Shown here: positions 26,389 through 35,539 of the stretch, in pieces | Position numbering within the stretch: the stretch's first letter is position 1 | How the letters are laid out: each line of letters opens with the position of its first letter | Assembly (NCBI GenBank): GCA_963677975.1 | Contig: OY782677.1 | Span: 1,665,821 to 1,729,820 of the forward strand | DNA length: 64,000 nt | Direction: 5' to 3' | Source of the DNA: Bacteroidales bacterium | GTDB lineage: Bacteria; Bacteroidota; Bacteroidia; Bacteroidales; UBA4417 | The notes under the pieces: model-generated | What the model saw: only the letters and a program-made list of their open reading frames with translations | The model's database searches: none | What the model was told of the DNA's origin: nothing | Translations under genes and position numbers: made by a program

Positions 26389-27129
26389 TTAAATAATGAA
26401 CTTTACTTCTTTCAGATCACAGGTAAGCTGTTCACCCTCCTGGGTTTCGAGAAGTAACTGGCCGTAGGGATTGGTCCCGGTAATCATGGCTATTAATGCT
26501 GAGCCTCTTACTTCGTATTTCTGCCACTCCAATCTCCTGTAAAGGGCTGCTTGATAAGCTGTTTCGATTTCACTAAAAGTGCCTGGCATTACCTGTCTGT
26601 ATCTCCTGAAAATCGATATTAGGAGTTTTGACAACACAGTATCAAGATTGTAATCCATTCCGGTTCCCATTTTCATGGAAACTGGGTTTGGCGCATTTTC
26701 TGTAAAATGTGTCTGGTTCACATTGAGCCCGATTCCGGATACAACATAGTCAAGTTTATTCCCGATAACTGAGTTCTGTATTAATATGCCGCAGACCTTT
26801 TTATCTCCTACGTAAATGTCATTCGGCCATTTTATTGATATTCTTTGGTCAGGTAATTCGCCTGTGAGGAAATCGTAAATACCCAGCGAGATGGCTTTGT
26901 TGAGAATAAACTGCTTATCGGCTTTAAACTCCGGATAGAGTATGAGGCTGAAGGTGAGGTTTTTCCCTGTTTCACTTTCCCAGCTGTTTGTGTCGGTACC
27001 CCTGCCACTCGTCTGGTAGTCGGCCCGGATTACGCATCCTTCAGCAGGGCGTTGCTTTGCAATCAGCTCAATTGCATAGTTGTTTGTTGAGCCGGTTTCC
27101 GGAAGGTGGATAATTGTACTCTGTAACAT
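26389..27129 (-). CDS. birA: biotin--[acetyl-CoA-carboxylase] ligase (no HTH domain)
   Basis: ...QTSGRGTDTNSWESETGKNLTFSLIL...KWPNDIYVGDKKVCGILI. 246 aa. Confidence 0.82.
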   Translation of the reverse strand: MLQSTIIHLPETGSTNNYAIELIAKQRPAEGCVIRADYQTSGRGTDTNSWESETGKNLTFSLILYPEFKADKQFILNKAISLGIYDFLTGELPDQRISIKWPNDIYVGDKKVCGILIQNSVIGNKLDYVVSGIGLNVNQTHFTENAPNPVSMKMGTGMDYNLDTVLSKLLISIFRRYRQVMPGTFSEIETAYQAALYRRLEWQKYEVRGSALIAMITGTNPYGQLLLETQEGEQLTCDLKEVKFII

Positions 27130-27298
27130 TTTACGAATAAATGGTTTTAACTTCTTTTAGGAACAAATGTAAAACAATATTTGACCTTATGCGTTCAACA
27201 GAAGTTCGTGATGTGACAAATTGTCGTGTTTGTAAAAAGGGACTGAAGTTTGATAAAGTTAATGCACTGTTTACAAAAGGGCTTTCGCGATAAATCCG

Positions 27299-27306
27299 TA
27301 CCTTTG
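27299..27306 (+). promoter_or_regulatory. -7 box (TAccTTTG) for rsfS-ftsH, leaving a ~140-nt leader
   Basis: TACCTTTG read directly. ATG at 27448. Confidence 0.5.
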
Positions 27307-27447
27307 CGGGCAGAAAAGCCTGTGAATTAATTTATTCGCAACACTTTAGAAGCGGTACAGGCAAATTATCCACGGAAGGGTTTTATAAAATAAAGGGAAA
27401 TACCTGTTCCCTGAACCGGAAAAAGTAAAGAAATTAAACAAACATAC

Positions 27448-27891
27448 ATGGCAAAACGTATTAAAAGTGAAACTTCGGGAATGCTTGCTGACATTATAGT
27501 TAATGGAATGCAGGAAAAACTCGGGTTAAACATAGTAAAACTTAACCTTTCAGGAATTCCGAATTCGATAACCGATTATTTTGTTATATGCCATGGCTCA
27601 TCCCGTTCGCAGGTTGATGCAATTGCCGACTCGGTGCAATGGGAAGTTAAAAAAGCGATCGGGGAATTGCCATCGCATAAAGAAGGTTTCGAAAATTGCG
27701 AATGGATATTACTCGATTATTTCGATGTGGTTGTACATATTTTCGAGGCCGAAGCAAGGGATTTTTATCAACTGGAAAAACTATGGGCCGATGCGCCGCG
27801 TGAGGATGTGAAACCCGTTGAACAACCATCAAAAACAGCCGCTAAACCGGTTGCGAAACCTGTTGTGAAGAGGGTTTCAAAAAAAAAATAA
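27448..27891 (+). CDS. rsfS: ribosome silencing factor RsfS with Lys/Pro-rich C-terminal tail
   Basis: ...DYFVICHGSSRSQVDAIADSV...EWILLDYFDVVVHIFEAEARDFYQLEKLW. The tail is KPVEQPSKTAAKPVAKPVVKRVSKKK. Confidence 0.88.
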   Translation: MAKRIKSETSGMLADIIVNGMQEKLGLNIVKLNLSGIPNSITDYFVICHGSSRSQVDAIADSVQWEVKKAIGELPSHKEGFENCEWILLDYFDVVVHIFEAEARDFYQLEKLWADAPREDVKPVEQPSKTAAKPVAKPVVKRVSKKK

Positions 27892-27909
27892 CTAACGATA
27901 TTTTGTAAA

Positions 27910-29988
27910 ATGAGCGAAGAACAAAACTATAATAAAGGCGGAAAACCACAGGAACCAGGCGGACCTAAAATGCCCAAAATGCCAAAAGTGAAATTCAATT
28001 TTTACTGGATTTACGGTATACTGGGAGTAATCCTGTTCGGGCTTTACCTGAACAATATGGGAACCACTCCAAAAGAAATAGGGTGGGGTGAACTTAAGGA
28101 AATGCTTACAAACCAGGAAGTTGATAAATTGATTCTTGTTAACGAAAAACAAGCCGAAGTATATATCAAAAAGGAAAAACTGTCGCTTCCTAAATTTAAA
28201 GATGTTAAGCCGGCGAATTCGCTCAGTGCAGCAGCACCAAATTATACTTACCAGATTGGGTCAGTCGAAACTTTCGAGAAAGATGTCCGTGAAGTGCAGG
28301 CCAGTATTCCTACCCCGGTCTATATTAAGAACGATACGCGTAAAAACTGGGGCGGTGATATCCTGAGCTGGATTCTGCCCATAGTAGTTTTGGTTGGATT
28401 ATGGTTCCTGATAATGCGTATGATGACCAAAGGTGGCGGTGGAGGCGGCGGACAGATATTCAATATCGGTAAGTCGAAGGCCCAGCTTTTTGATAAGGAT
28501 ACCATGGTTTCGTTGAATTTTAACGATGTTGCCGGTCTCGAAGAAGCTAAAGTGGAAGTAATGGAAATTGTCGAATTTCTTAAGAACCCCAAAAAATATA
28601 CTGACCTGGGAGGAAAAATACCGAAAGGCGCTTTACTTGTCGGTCCTCCGGGAACCGGTAAAACCCTGCTTGCCAAGGCTGTTGCCGGCGAAGCAAAAGT
28701 GCCGTTCTTCTCGCTTTCCGGTTCTGATTTTGTTGAAATGTTTGTTGGCGTTGGCGCATCACGTGTTCGCGACCTTTTTAAACAAGCCAAGGAAAAAGCG
28801 CCAAGCATTATTTTTATCGACGAAATTGATGCTGTAGGTCGTGCCCGTGGACGTAGTGCCATGACCGGCGGAAACGACGAACGGGAAAATACACTCAACC
28901 AGCTGCTTACCGAAATGGATGGTTTCCAGACTAATGCAGGTGTTATTATTCTTGCAGCTACAAACCGTGCCGATATTCTTGACCGTGCGCTTCTGCGTGC
29001 TGGCCGTTTCGACCGCCAGATCTATATAGAACTTCCCGACCTCGAAGAACGCAAAGCTATTTTCAAAGTGCACATGCGAAACCTTAAAATGGATGATACG
29101 GCTAACGTTGAATTCCTTGCAAGGCAAACACCTGGTTTCTCAGGAGCTGATATAGCCAATGCCTGTAACGAAGCTGCTCTTATTGCAGCCCGTGGAGATA
29201 AAAAGGTGATCGGTAAACAGGATTTCCTCGATGCTATCGACCGGATTGTAGGTGGACTCGAGAAAAGAAATAAAATTATTTCGCAGCACGAAAAGAAAGT
29301 TATTGCATACCACGAATCGGGACATGCAGCTGTAAGCTGGTTGCTCGAACATGCACACCCGTTGGTTAAAGTTACTATTGTTCCGCGTGGAAAAGCGCTT
29401 GGCGCAGCCTGGTATCTGCCCGACGAAAGGCAGATCACAACCTACGAGCAAATGCTCGATGAGATAATTGCTACCCTGGGTGGACGTGCAGCCGAAGATG
29501 TTGTATTTGGTAAAATTTCGACCGGCGCTCTTAACGATCTCGAAAAAGTGACCAAACAGGCTTATGCTATGGTTGCCTTCTACGGATTGAATAAGAAAAT
29601 CGGTAATATCAGCTATTACGATTCGTCAGGGCAAAGTGAATATTCATTTTCAAAACCATTCAGTGAAGAAACTGCACGTACAATTGATGATGAAATCCAC
29701 AAGCTGGTTGAGGATGCATACGAAAAAGCCAAGCAGATACTTACCGAAAACCGTGAAAAACTGAACCAGTTAGCTGAAATGCTGCTAACCAAAGAGGTTA
29801 TCTTCCGCGAAGATCTTGAAAAGATTTTTGGCAAACGTCCTTTTCCCGATCATGAACACGTAATGATTAACAGCAACGGCGATACGAACGATAAGAAGTA
29901 CGAGGAACGTACATCCGATGTGAACCTGCCTTCAGCCGAAGCTGCACCTGACGATAAGGCTGAAACCACTGGCCCTGATGCCACTTAA
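27910..29988 (+). CDS. ftsH: ATP-dependent zinc metalloprotease FtsH
   Basis: Walker [19 protein letters not shown], Walker [13 protein letters not shown], and the zinc motif HESGHA. Confidence 0.97.
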   Translation: MSEEQNYNKGGKPQEPGGPKMPKMPKVKFNFYWIYGILGVILFGLYLNNMGTTPKEIGWGELKEMLTNQEVDKLILVNEKQAEVYIKKEKLSLPKFKDVKPANSLSAAAPNYTYQIGSVETFEKDVREVQASIPTPVYIKNDTRKNWGGDILSWILPIVVLVGLWFLIMRMMTKGGGGGGGQIFNIGKSKAQLFDKDTMVSLNFNDVAGLEEAKVEVMEIVEFLKNPKKYTDLGGKIPKGALLVGPPGTGKTLLAKAVAGEAKVPFFSLSGSDFVEMFVGVGASRVRDLFKQAKEKAPSIIFIDEIDAVGRARGRSAMTGGNDERENTLNQLLTEMDGFQTNAGVIILAATNRADILDRALLRAGRFDRQIYIELPDLEERKAIFKVHMRNLKMDDTANVEFLARQTPGFSGADIANACNEAALIAARGDKKVIGKQDFLDAIDRIVGGLEKRNKIISQHEKKVIAYHESGHAAVSWLLEHAHPLVKVTIVPRGKALGAAWYLPDERQITTYEQMLDEIIATLGGRAAEDVVFGKISTGALNDLEKVTKQAYAMVAFYGLNKKIGNISYYDSSGQSEYSFSKPFSEETARTIDDEIHKLVEDAYEKAKQILTENREKLNQLAEMLLTKEVIFREDLEKIFGKRPFPDHEHVMINSNGDTNDKKYEERTSDVNLPSAEAAPDDKAETTGPDAT

Positions 29989-30080
29989 TAAGTTTTTTAC
30001 TTTTAAGTATTGATAAGGTGAAATTTATTTAAATTTACCTTGTCGTTAAATCAGGTTAAGCTAAATAACTCAGCCCTTGT

Positions 30081-30743
30081 ATGGAAGAAAGCACTTCGCG
30101 TGAAAAAGTATTAAAAAAAGTACGGCACGCCTTAATATATAAGACCGATAACCCTTATCCGAATGTTGATTTTGATTCGCCGGTATACAATCCTTTACCG
30201 GATTCACCGGATGTGAATTTTGCACAGGAATTCACCAAAGTTGGCGGGGTTTTCATTTATTGTGAAAATGAAGGCGACCTTATAAATACATTGTCGGCGC
30301 TTAGTACCGAATGCAACTGGCAAGATGTGTATTGCGGTGAACCTGAATTCCAGTATCTGCTTACGCAGGCTGGTGTGCCTTTCGAATCGGATGAGGATGG
30401 ATTGAAAACTCTGAAAGTTGGCATAACAGGATGCGAATTCCTGGTTTCAAGGCTGGGCAGTATCATGGTGTCGTCAAAAAACAGCCGCAGGCTTAATGTA
30501 TATCCCGAAATTCATGTGGTCATTGCATATGCCGATCAGCTTGTTGAGGATCTGAAAGACGCATTTACAGCTGTGCAGACAAAATATTCGGGAAAACTAC
30601 CTTCGATGCTGTCGGTAATTACAGGTCCAAGCCGTACTGCCGATATCGAAAAAACGCTTGTTATGGGAGCTCACGGCCCCCGCGAATTATACCTCCTCCT
30701 GGTTGAAACTCCCCAGGCTGAAGATGAGTCTGATGATTTATGA
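30081..30743 (+). CDS. LUD-domain (LutC/YkgG-like) protein
   Basis: 220 aa. ...GITGCEFLVSRLGSIMVSS...ITGPSRTADIE... matches the layout of the LUD/DUF162 family, by pattern recognition only. Confidence 0.55.
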   Translation: MEESTSREKVLKKVRHALIYKTDNPYPNVDFDSPVYNPLPDSPDVNFAQEFTKVGGVFIYCENEGDLINTLSALSTECNWQDVYCGEPEFQYLLTQAGVPFESDEDGLKTLKVGITGCEFLVSRLGSIMVSSKNSRRLNVYPEIHVVIAYADQLVEDLKDAFTAVQTKYSGKLPSMLSVITGPSRTADIEKTLVMGAHGPRELYLLLVETPQAEDESDDL

Positions 30744-30946
30744 TCGATAACTGGAACGTAATTTACACAACTAATCAACTTTATGATGCTGAACTGGTAA
30801 AAGAAATTATCGCCGGTGAAGATATCGAATGTGTTGTAATGAATAAGATAGATTCAAATTACGGTATCGGCGAAATTGAAATTCTCGTACCCTCGGCCGA
30901 TACTATCAGGGCTAAACAACTAATTCTTGATCTTCGTAGTGAATAA
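30740..30946 (+). CDS. DUF2007-like small protein (putative signal-transducing fold)
   Basis: 68 aa. ATGA overlap with the upstream gene. WNVIYTTNQLYDAELVKEIIAGEDIECVVMNK...IEILVPSADTIRAKQLI. Confidence 0.5.
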   Translation: MIDNWNVIYTTNQLYDAELVKEIIAGEDIECVVMNKIDSNYGIGEIEILVPSADTIRAKQLILDLRSE

Positions 30947-31760
30947 TCTTGCCACCCGAACTCTTACCTCAGTATTTTTTGTTGTAGCCATGGTTGGGTC
31001 AGCCCTGCTGGGCCAGAATGTTTTTGGTGTTCTGCTGCTTATACTTACCGTTTTGAGTATAAATGAATACATCAAAATTGTTACTGTCGGCAACATTCAG
31101 CCGGCTTTATGGCCAACTGTGATAACCGGTAGTTTTGTTTATACTTTTTTTACTGCAAATGCAATGGGGTTGTTAAAAGCTGAATGGCTCCTGGCAGCAA
31201 TTCCCTTTGTGTTTTTACTTTTTATATCCGAACTTTGGCGCAACAAACCGAACCCGTTCGGTAATATTGCTTTTGAACTGCTTGGTATTTTTTATATTGC
31301 CTTTCCTTTGAGCCTGGTGATGTACTTTTTCGATCCTCTTAGATTGTCCGGGCCGTTTCATTATGGAGTTGTCCTGGGGTTCTTTTTTATTTTATGGCTC
31401 AACGATACCGGTGCATACTTTGTAGGATCATTGATAGGTAAGCATAAGCTCTTCGAGCGGATTTCACCGGGAAAAACCTGGGAAGGCAGCATAGGAGGGT
31501 TTGTTTTTGCTATGCTGACAGCATGGGGGTTATCGTTTGTGTTTCAGCAGCTTACTGCTCCTCAATGGTTAATACTTGCCATGATTATTGTTGTTACAGG
31601 TTCGCTGGGCGACTTGGTTGAATCCATGCTGAAACGTAGCCTTGGAATTAAAGATTCAGGTACATTTTTGCCCGGTCACGGAGGATTACTCGATCGATTT
31701 GATGCGGTTTTTATTTCGGCACCGTTTGTATTTGTATATTTGGCGCTCTTTTGCAGGTAA
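30927..31760 (+). CDS. cdsA: phosphatidate cytidylyltransferase
   Basis: Signature NDTGAYFVGSLIGKHKLFERISPGKTWEGSIGG. Multi-TM. The start is uncertain (TTG 30927 or GTG 30939, the latter giving MNNLATRTLT). Confidence 0.9.
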   Translation: MIFVVNNLATRTLTSVFFVVAMVGSALLGQNVFGVLLLILTVLSINEYIKIVTVGNIQPALWPTVITGSFVYTFFTANAMGLLKAEWLLAAIPFVFLLFISELWRNKPNPFGNIAFELLGIFYIAFPLSLVMYFFDPLRLSGPFHYGVVLGFFFILWLNDTGAYFVGSLIGKHKLFERISPGKTWEGSIGGFVFAMLTAWGLSFVFQQLTAPQWLILAMIIVVTGSLGDLVESMLKRSLGIKDSGTFLPGHGGLLDRFDAVFISAPFVFVYLALFCR

Positions 31761-31778
31761 TTTAAACAGGGAAAGCGG

Positions 31779-32450
31779 ATGAAAATACACAAGGAAGGGT
31801 ATAAAAGTATTGTTGTAGCGACCATTTTCGTTGCAGTAGCTATTATTGTCGGGAATTATTTTTACCCCGAACAGAATATCTTACATTACCTTGCTTATAT
31901 TTTATTATTTGTCTTACTGGTAATTGTAGTCCGGTTTTTCCGAATGCCTTACCGGGAATTGTATATCGATGCCGATACAGTCCTTTGCCCGGCCGACGGA
32001 ACCATTGTTGCAATCGAAGAAGTGGTAGAAGATGAGTATTTTAAAGATAAACGGATCCAGGTTTCAGTATTCATGTCGCCTAACAACGTTCATGTTAACA
32101 GGTACCCGGTTTCAGGTAAAATTGTATATACTAACTACTGGCCCGGATCGTTCCTTGTAGCGTGGCATCCGAAATCATCGACCGAAAACGAAAGAAATAC
32201 TGTGGTAGTTGAGCATCATTACTATGGACCGATACTCGTACGTCAGATTGCAGGGGCACTTGCACGGCGCATCGTTTGCTATGCAAAAACCGGGGAACGG
32301 ATCGAGCAGGGAAGGGAACTGGGATTTATTAAATTTGGAAGCAGGGTGGATCTGTTTCTGCCGCTTACAGCTGAAATCAAGGTCTCACTCGATGAGAAAG
32401 TAAAGGGTGGAATTACAACGATTGCCTTACTCAGCAGTAACCTCCGCTGA
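31779..32450 (+). CDS. psd: phosphatidylserine decarboxylase family protein (short form)
   Basis: N-terminal TM helices, ...VHVNRYPVSG...GFIKFGSRVDLFLP (proenzyme cleavage-region motif). Confidence 0.85.
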   Translation: MKIHKEGYKSIVVATIFVAVAIIVGNYFYPEQNILHYLAYILLFVLLVIVVRFFRMPYRELYIDADTVLCPADGTIVAIEEVVEDEYFKDKRIQVSVFMSPNNVHVNRYPVSGKIVYTNYWPGSFLVAWHPKSSTENERNTVVVEHHYYGPILVRQIAGALARRIVCYAKTGERIEQGRELGFIKFGSRVDLFLPLTAEIKVSLDEKVKGGITTIALLSSNLR

Positions 32451-32505
32451 AAATCTTTAACATCTCTTTAACAAAATATATGATTGCCGGTCCAACAATT
32501 GGATA

Positions 32506-32513
32506 TATTTTTG
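32506..32513 (+). promoter_or_regulatory. -7 box (TAttTTTG) for the Cys-rich small gene
   Basis: TATTTTTG lies 43 nt upstream of ATG 32556. Confidence 0.5.
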
Positions 32514-32555
32514 CGTTACTAAAATATTAGAAACCCTTAATTAATCTATATCAAA

Positions 32556-32870
32556 ATGAAAAAAGTTGCTATTGTAATTTCGTTGTTTGCTTTTCTTTTT
32601 GCTATCACTGTTTCGACAGCTTCAGCACAAAAAGTAACCTCAGCTGAAAAATCGAAAACAGAACAGGTAAGTAAAGAATCACCAAAAAGCTGCTGTGCAA
32701 AATCAGAAGCTAAAGCGGGTTGTGCAAAATCAGATGCTAAAGCTGGCTGCGCTAAAGAAGGCGAAGCTAAAGCTGGTTGCGCTAAATCATGCAGCAAAGG
32801 CGAAGCTAAAGGCTGTTGCGCTAAAGGTGAAGCTAAAACCGAAGCTGTACCGGTACCTAAAAGTAATTAA
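32556..32870 (+). CDS. small secreted Cys/Ala/Lys-rich repeat protein (AKAGCAK repeats), function unknown
   Basis: Signal peptide MKKVAIVISLFAFLFAITVSTASA, then ...SCCAKSEAKAGCAKSDAKAGCAKEGEAKAGCAKSCSKGEAKGCCAKGEAK... It has its own promoter box and a strong terminator. Confidence 0.75.
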   Translation: MKKVAIVISLFAFLFAITVSTASAQKVTSAEKSKTEQVSKESPKSCCAKSEAKAGCAKSDAKAGCAKEGEAKAGCAKSCSKGEAKGCCAKGEAKTEAVPVPKSN

Positions 32871-32890
32871 GCAATATGCTTAAGTGTCTT

Positions 32891-32918
32891 AAACCCGCTG
32901 ATGAAGCGGGTTTTTTTA
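32891..32918 (+). terminator. rho-independent terminator (aaacccgc-tgatgaa-gcgggttt + T-run)
   Basis: Perfect 8-bp stem followed by ttttt. Confidence 0.85.
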
Positions 32919-32959
32919 TGCCTTGTTTTTCCTGTAACTGATCCCCGTTGAATATGCAG

Positions 32960-33658
32960 CTAAAGCAACCCGATAATTTCGTGGAGCGAAAATACCTCCA
33001 TGGTAACCGGTTCATTATGCTGCTTCCGGTCATGGTTAACATACATCTGATCCATCCCTAGCTGTCGGGCACCAGCCATATCTACTTCCAGGTCATCTCC
33101 TATCATCAGGCTTTCGCCCGCATTTGCCCCGGCCTCTTGTAAAGCGTAACGGAATATTTCATTTTCCGGTTTCTTCGATCCTGCTGCCTCACTCGTTATT
33201 ATAGTAGTAAAATATTTATCAAGGCCCGAATTCTTTAGTTTACCGTATTGTACTTCTTCGAAACCATTGGTTATAATGTGTAAAGGGTATTTCGGACAGA
33301 GATAGTCGAGCAGCTCCCTTGTATAAGGGAAAAGGTATGTTTTAGTGGTGATACCTTCGATGAATGCGCTGGCCATGGCTTCGCCCAGGCTGGGGTCGTC
33401 GATCCCGAACAGACAGAGTGTATCATAAAAACGCCTGAAATTCAGTGCATCCTTTTCAATTTTATCTTCCCGGTATAGCGCCCATAAGGCCATGTTGATA
33501 ACAACATATTTTTCCCTGAAAGCTTCGTAGCTTTCAATTCCCCTGTTTTTAAGATCGAGATTTTCAAACATTTCACGCTTGGTTTCCTCGGCATTACGTT
33601 CGAAATCCCATAAGGTATGATCAAGATCGAAAAATATATGTTTGTAGCTCTTAGGCAT
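32960..33658 (-). CDS. HAD-superfamily hydrolase (YjjG/noncanonical pyrimidine nucleotidase-like)
   Basis: MPKSYKHIFFDLDHTLWDF (motif I DxDxT), ITNG, GDDLEVD. I chose the ATG at 33658; the track start at 33679 is TTG. Confidence 0.8.
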   Translation of the reverse strand: MPKSYKHIFFDLDHTLWDFERNAEETKREMFENLDLKNRGIESYEAFREKYVVINMALWALYREDKIEKDALNFRRFYDTLCLFGIDDPSLGEAMASAFIEGITTKTYLFPYTRELLDYLCPKYPLHIITNGFEEVQYGKLKNSGLDKYFTTIITSEAAGSKKPENEIFRYALQEAGANAGESLMIGDDLEVDMAGARQLGMDQMYVNHDRKQHNEPVTMEVFSLHEIIGLL

Positions 33659-33743
33659 TTTCGCTTGTTTAGTTTGCAAATGTAGGTTTTCCCTATAAGA
33701 AAAAAAATTTTAGCGGTTTTGTCGGATTTGACAGAAAGTATAA

Positions 33744-33751
33744 TATCTTTG
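33744..33751 (+). promoter_or_regulatory. -7 box (TAtcTTTG) for the SPFH-membrane-RHH trio
   Basis: TATCTTTG lies 27 nt upstream of ATG 33778. Confidence 0.55.
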
Positions 33752-33777
33752 TAACATCAAAATAATATCAAAATAAA

Positions 33778-34644
33778 ATGGAAAAGGAAAAATTAAATTC
33801 GACTTCATCAGGCTATATGGGCCTGCTTTTAGTGTTTGTATTCCTGATTGCCGGTATACTTACGCTGGTAAATTTCAATAATCAGTTGTTTGGGGTCATC
33901 CTGGGACCCGTTTTCCTGATACTAACAGGTTTCATGGCAGCCGGTTTCCTGGTTATCAATCCGAATGAATCGTCGGTACTTACTCTTTTCGGTGCGTATA
34001 AAGGAACTTTGAAGAACAATGGGTTTTACTGGCTCAATCCTTTTTTTGTTAAAAAGAAAGTCTCGTTACGCGCCCGCAACTTCAACAGCGAATTGCTGAA
34101 AGTGAACGACAAACTCGGTAACCCTATTATGATCGGTATTGTATTGGTGTGGAAAGTGGAAGATACTTTCAAAGCAGCTTTCCAGGTGGATGACTACCTG
34201 CGTTTTGTTGAGATACAAAGCGAATCGGCAGTTCGTAAACTTGCCGGTCATTATGCCTACGATAATTTCGACGATGAACAATCCGAAATTACTTTACGTG
34301 GCGGAGGTGAAGAAGTAAACCATGTACTGGAAAAAGAACTTTCGGAGCGTCTTCATATTGCCGGTATTAATGTAATTGAGGCACGTATTGCACACCTGGC
34401 TTACTCAGCTGAAATTGCCCAGGCCATGCTAAAACGCCAGCAGGCAACAGCCGTTATTGCTGCCCGTACTAAAATAGTTGAAGGGGCTGTAAGCATGGTT
34501 GAAATGGCGCTCAATAAGTTATCGGACCGCAAAATTGTGGAACTGGATGATGAGCGAAAGGCTGTAATGGTAAGCAACCTCCTTGTAGTGTTGTGTTCGG
34601 ATAAGGATGCTTCGCCGGTAGTTAATGCAGGCTCAATTTATTAG
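33778..34644 (+). CDS. SPFH/band-7 domain membrane protein (second copy, different subfamily)
   Basis: Two N-terminal TM helices, then [31 protein letters not shown]...[18 protein letters not shown]... and a C-terminal Ala-rich helix. Confidence 0.78.
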   Translation: MEKEKLNSTSSGYMGLLLVFVFLIAGILTLVNFNNQLFGVILGPVFLILTGFMAAGFLVINPNESSVLTLFGAYKGTLKNNGFYWLNPFFVKKKVSLRARNFNSELLKVNDKLGNPIMIGIVLVWKVEDTFKAAFQVDDYLRFVEIQSESAVRKLAGHYAYDNFDDEQSEITLRGGGEEVNHVLEKELSERLHIAGINVIEARIAHLAYSAEIAQAMLKRQQATAVIAARTKIVEGAVSMVEMALNKLSDRKIVELDDERKAVMVSNLLVVLCSDKDASPVVNAGSIY

Positions 34645-34649
34645 TAACC

Positions 34650-35198
34650 ATGGAACGATTAATTTTCAGGGAAGAACAGCCCATGCGCCAGTCGTTTATT
34701 CCCTGGCTTGTAATACCCGTATGGCTGTTTACTGTTGTGTACTTTGGATATGGTTTTTACAGGCAATTGTATTTTGGACAACAATTCGGTGAACAACCAA
34801 TGGGTAATTCCGAATTGCTTTGGACGGGTATACTTACCATTGTATTCACAGGAGTGCTTTTCCTGGTATTAATGAGCATAGTTCTTGTAACCGAAATCTG
34901 GACCGACGGAATTCGTTACAGGTTTAAACCGTTTATGTGGAAACTGAAACATATCAGGCTGGATGAAATTGAATCGGCAAGCGTTATGAAGTACAACCCG
35001 CTTTTCGAATTTGGTGGCTGGGGGATCAAGCCAAGGTTGCTGTCGCGGAAAACAGCATACAACATAAGCGGCAACATCGGTTTGCGGATAATGCGGAAGA
35101 ACGGCAGCCAGGTTATGATTGGTACACACAGGAAAGAGGAATTGCAGCGGGCAGTTGATAAAATGAGAATGCCCGCATTAGAAAAATACCCAATATAA
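34650..35198 (+). CDS. membrane protein of unknown function (2 TM helices + soluble C-terminal domain)
   Basis: 182 aa. Hydrophobic segments FIPWLVIPVWLFTVVYFGYGF and LLWTGILTIVFTGVLFLVLMSIVLV. It starts 6 nt after the SPFH gene. Confidence 0.55.
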   Translation: MERLIFREEQPMRQSFIPWLVIPVWLFTVVYFGYGFYRQLYFGQQFGEQPMGNSELLWTGILTIVFTGVLFLVLMSIVLVTEIWTDGIRYRFKPFMWKLKHIRLDEIESASVMKYNPLFEFGGWGIKPRLLSRKTAYNISGNIGLRIMRKNGSQVMIGTHRKEELQRAVDKMRMPALEKYPI

Positions 35199-35377
35199 TG
35201 GCTAAAAAAAAGGTTTTTGCTCTTCGGGTCGACGACGACATTTATGCTGCTATTGAACGGTGGGCTGCTGATGAATTCCGCAGCATCAATGGGCAGCTCG
35301 AATGGCTTATAGCGAAAGCCTTGAAGGATGCCGGGAGGCTGCCAAAATCCAGGTCGGCTCAAAGCGATGATAAATAG
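35198..35377 (+). CDS. Arc/MetJ-type ribbon-helix-helix DNA-binding protein (59 aa; not in ORF track)
   Basis: Own translation: MAKKKVFALRVDDDIYAAIERWAADEFRSINGQLEWLIAKALKDAGRLPKSRSAQSDDK. It has the beta-strand (FALRVDDD) helix-helix pattern of RHH proteins. The ATG overlaps the upstream TAA (TAATG). Confidence 0.65.
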   Translation: MAKKKVFALRVDDDIYAAIERWAADEFRSINGQLEWLIAKALKDAGRLPKSRSAQSDDK

Positions 35378-35539
35378 CCTTGTTCTGGTGATCGGAATGA
35401 TGTAATAATTGTTTTAGATGGAAGCAATAAATATTGTGTTTCAAAATAGTACATCAAGCCAGTTTTCATTATAAATGACATCATAATTTCCAGATCCTCG
35501 TGTAAAGATTAAAACAAAAAAAATTTCAATAAATTTAAA

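Noticed and set aside
28320-28898. 192-aa minus-strand ORF inside ftsH
   Set aside because: It is antisense to the unambiguous FtsH AAA+ core and has a low-complexity Pro/Ser composition.
32546-32797. Minus-strand 83-aa ORF with LAQPALAS repeats
   Set aside because: It is antisense to the Cys-rich repeat gene. The plus-strand frame has a signal peptide, a promoter box and a terminator, whereas the minus-strand frame has none of these.
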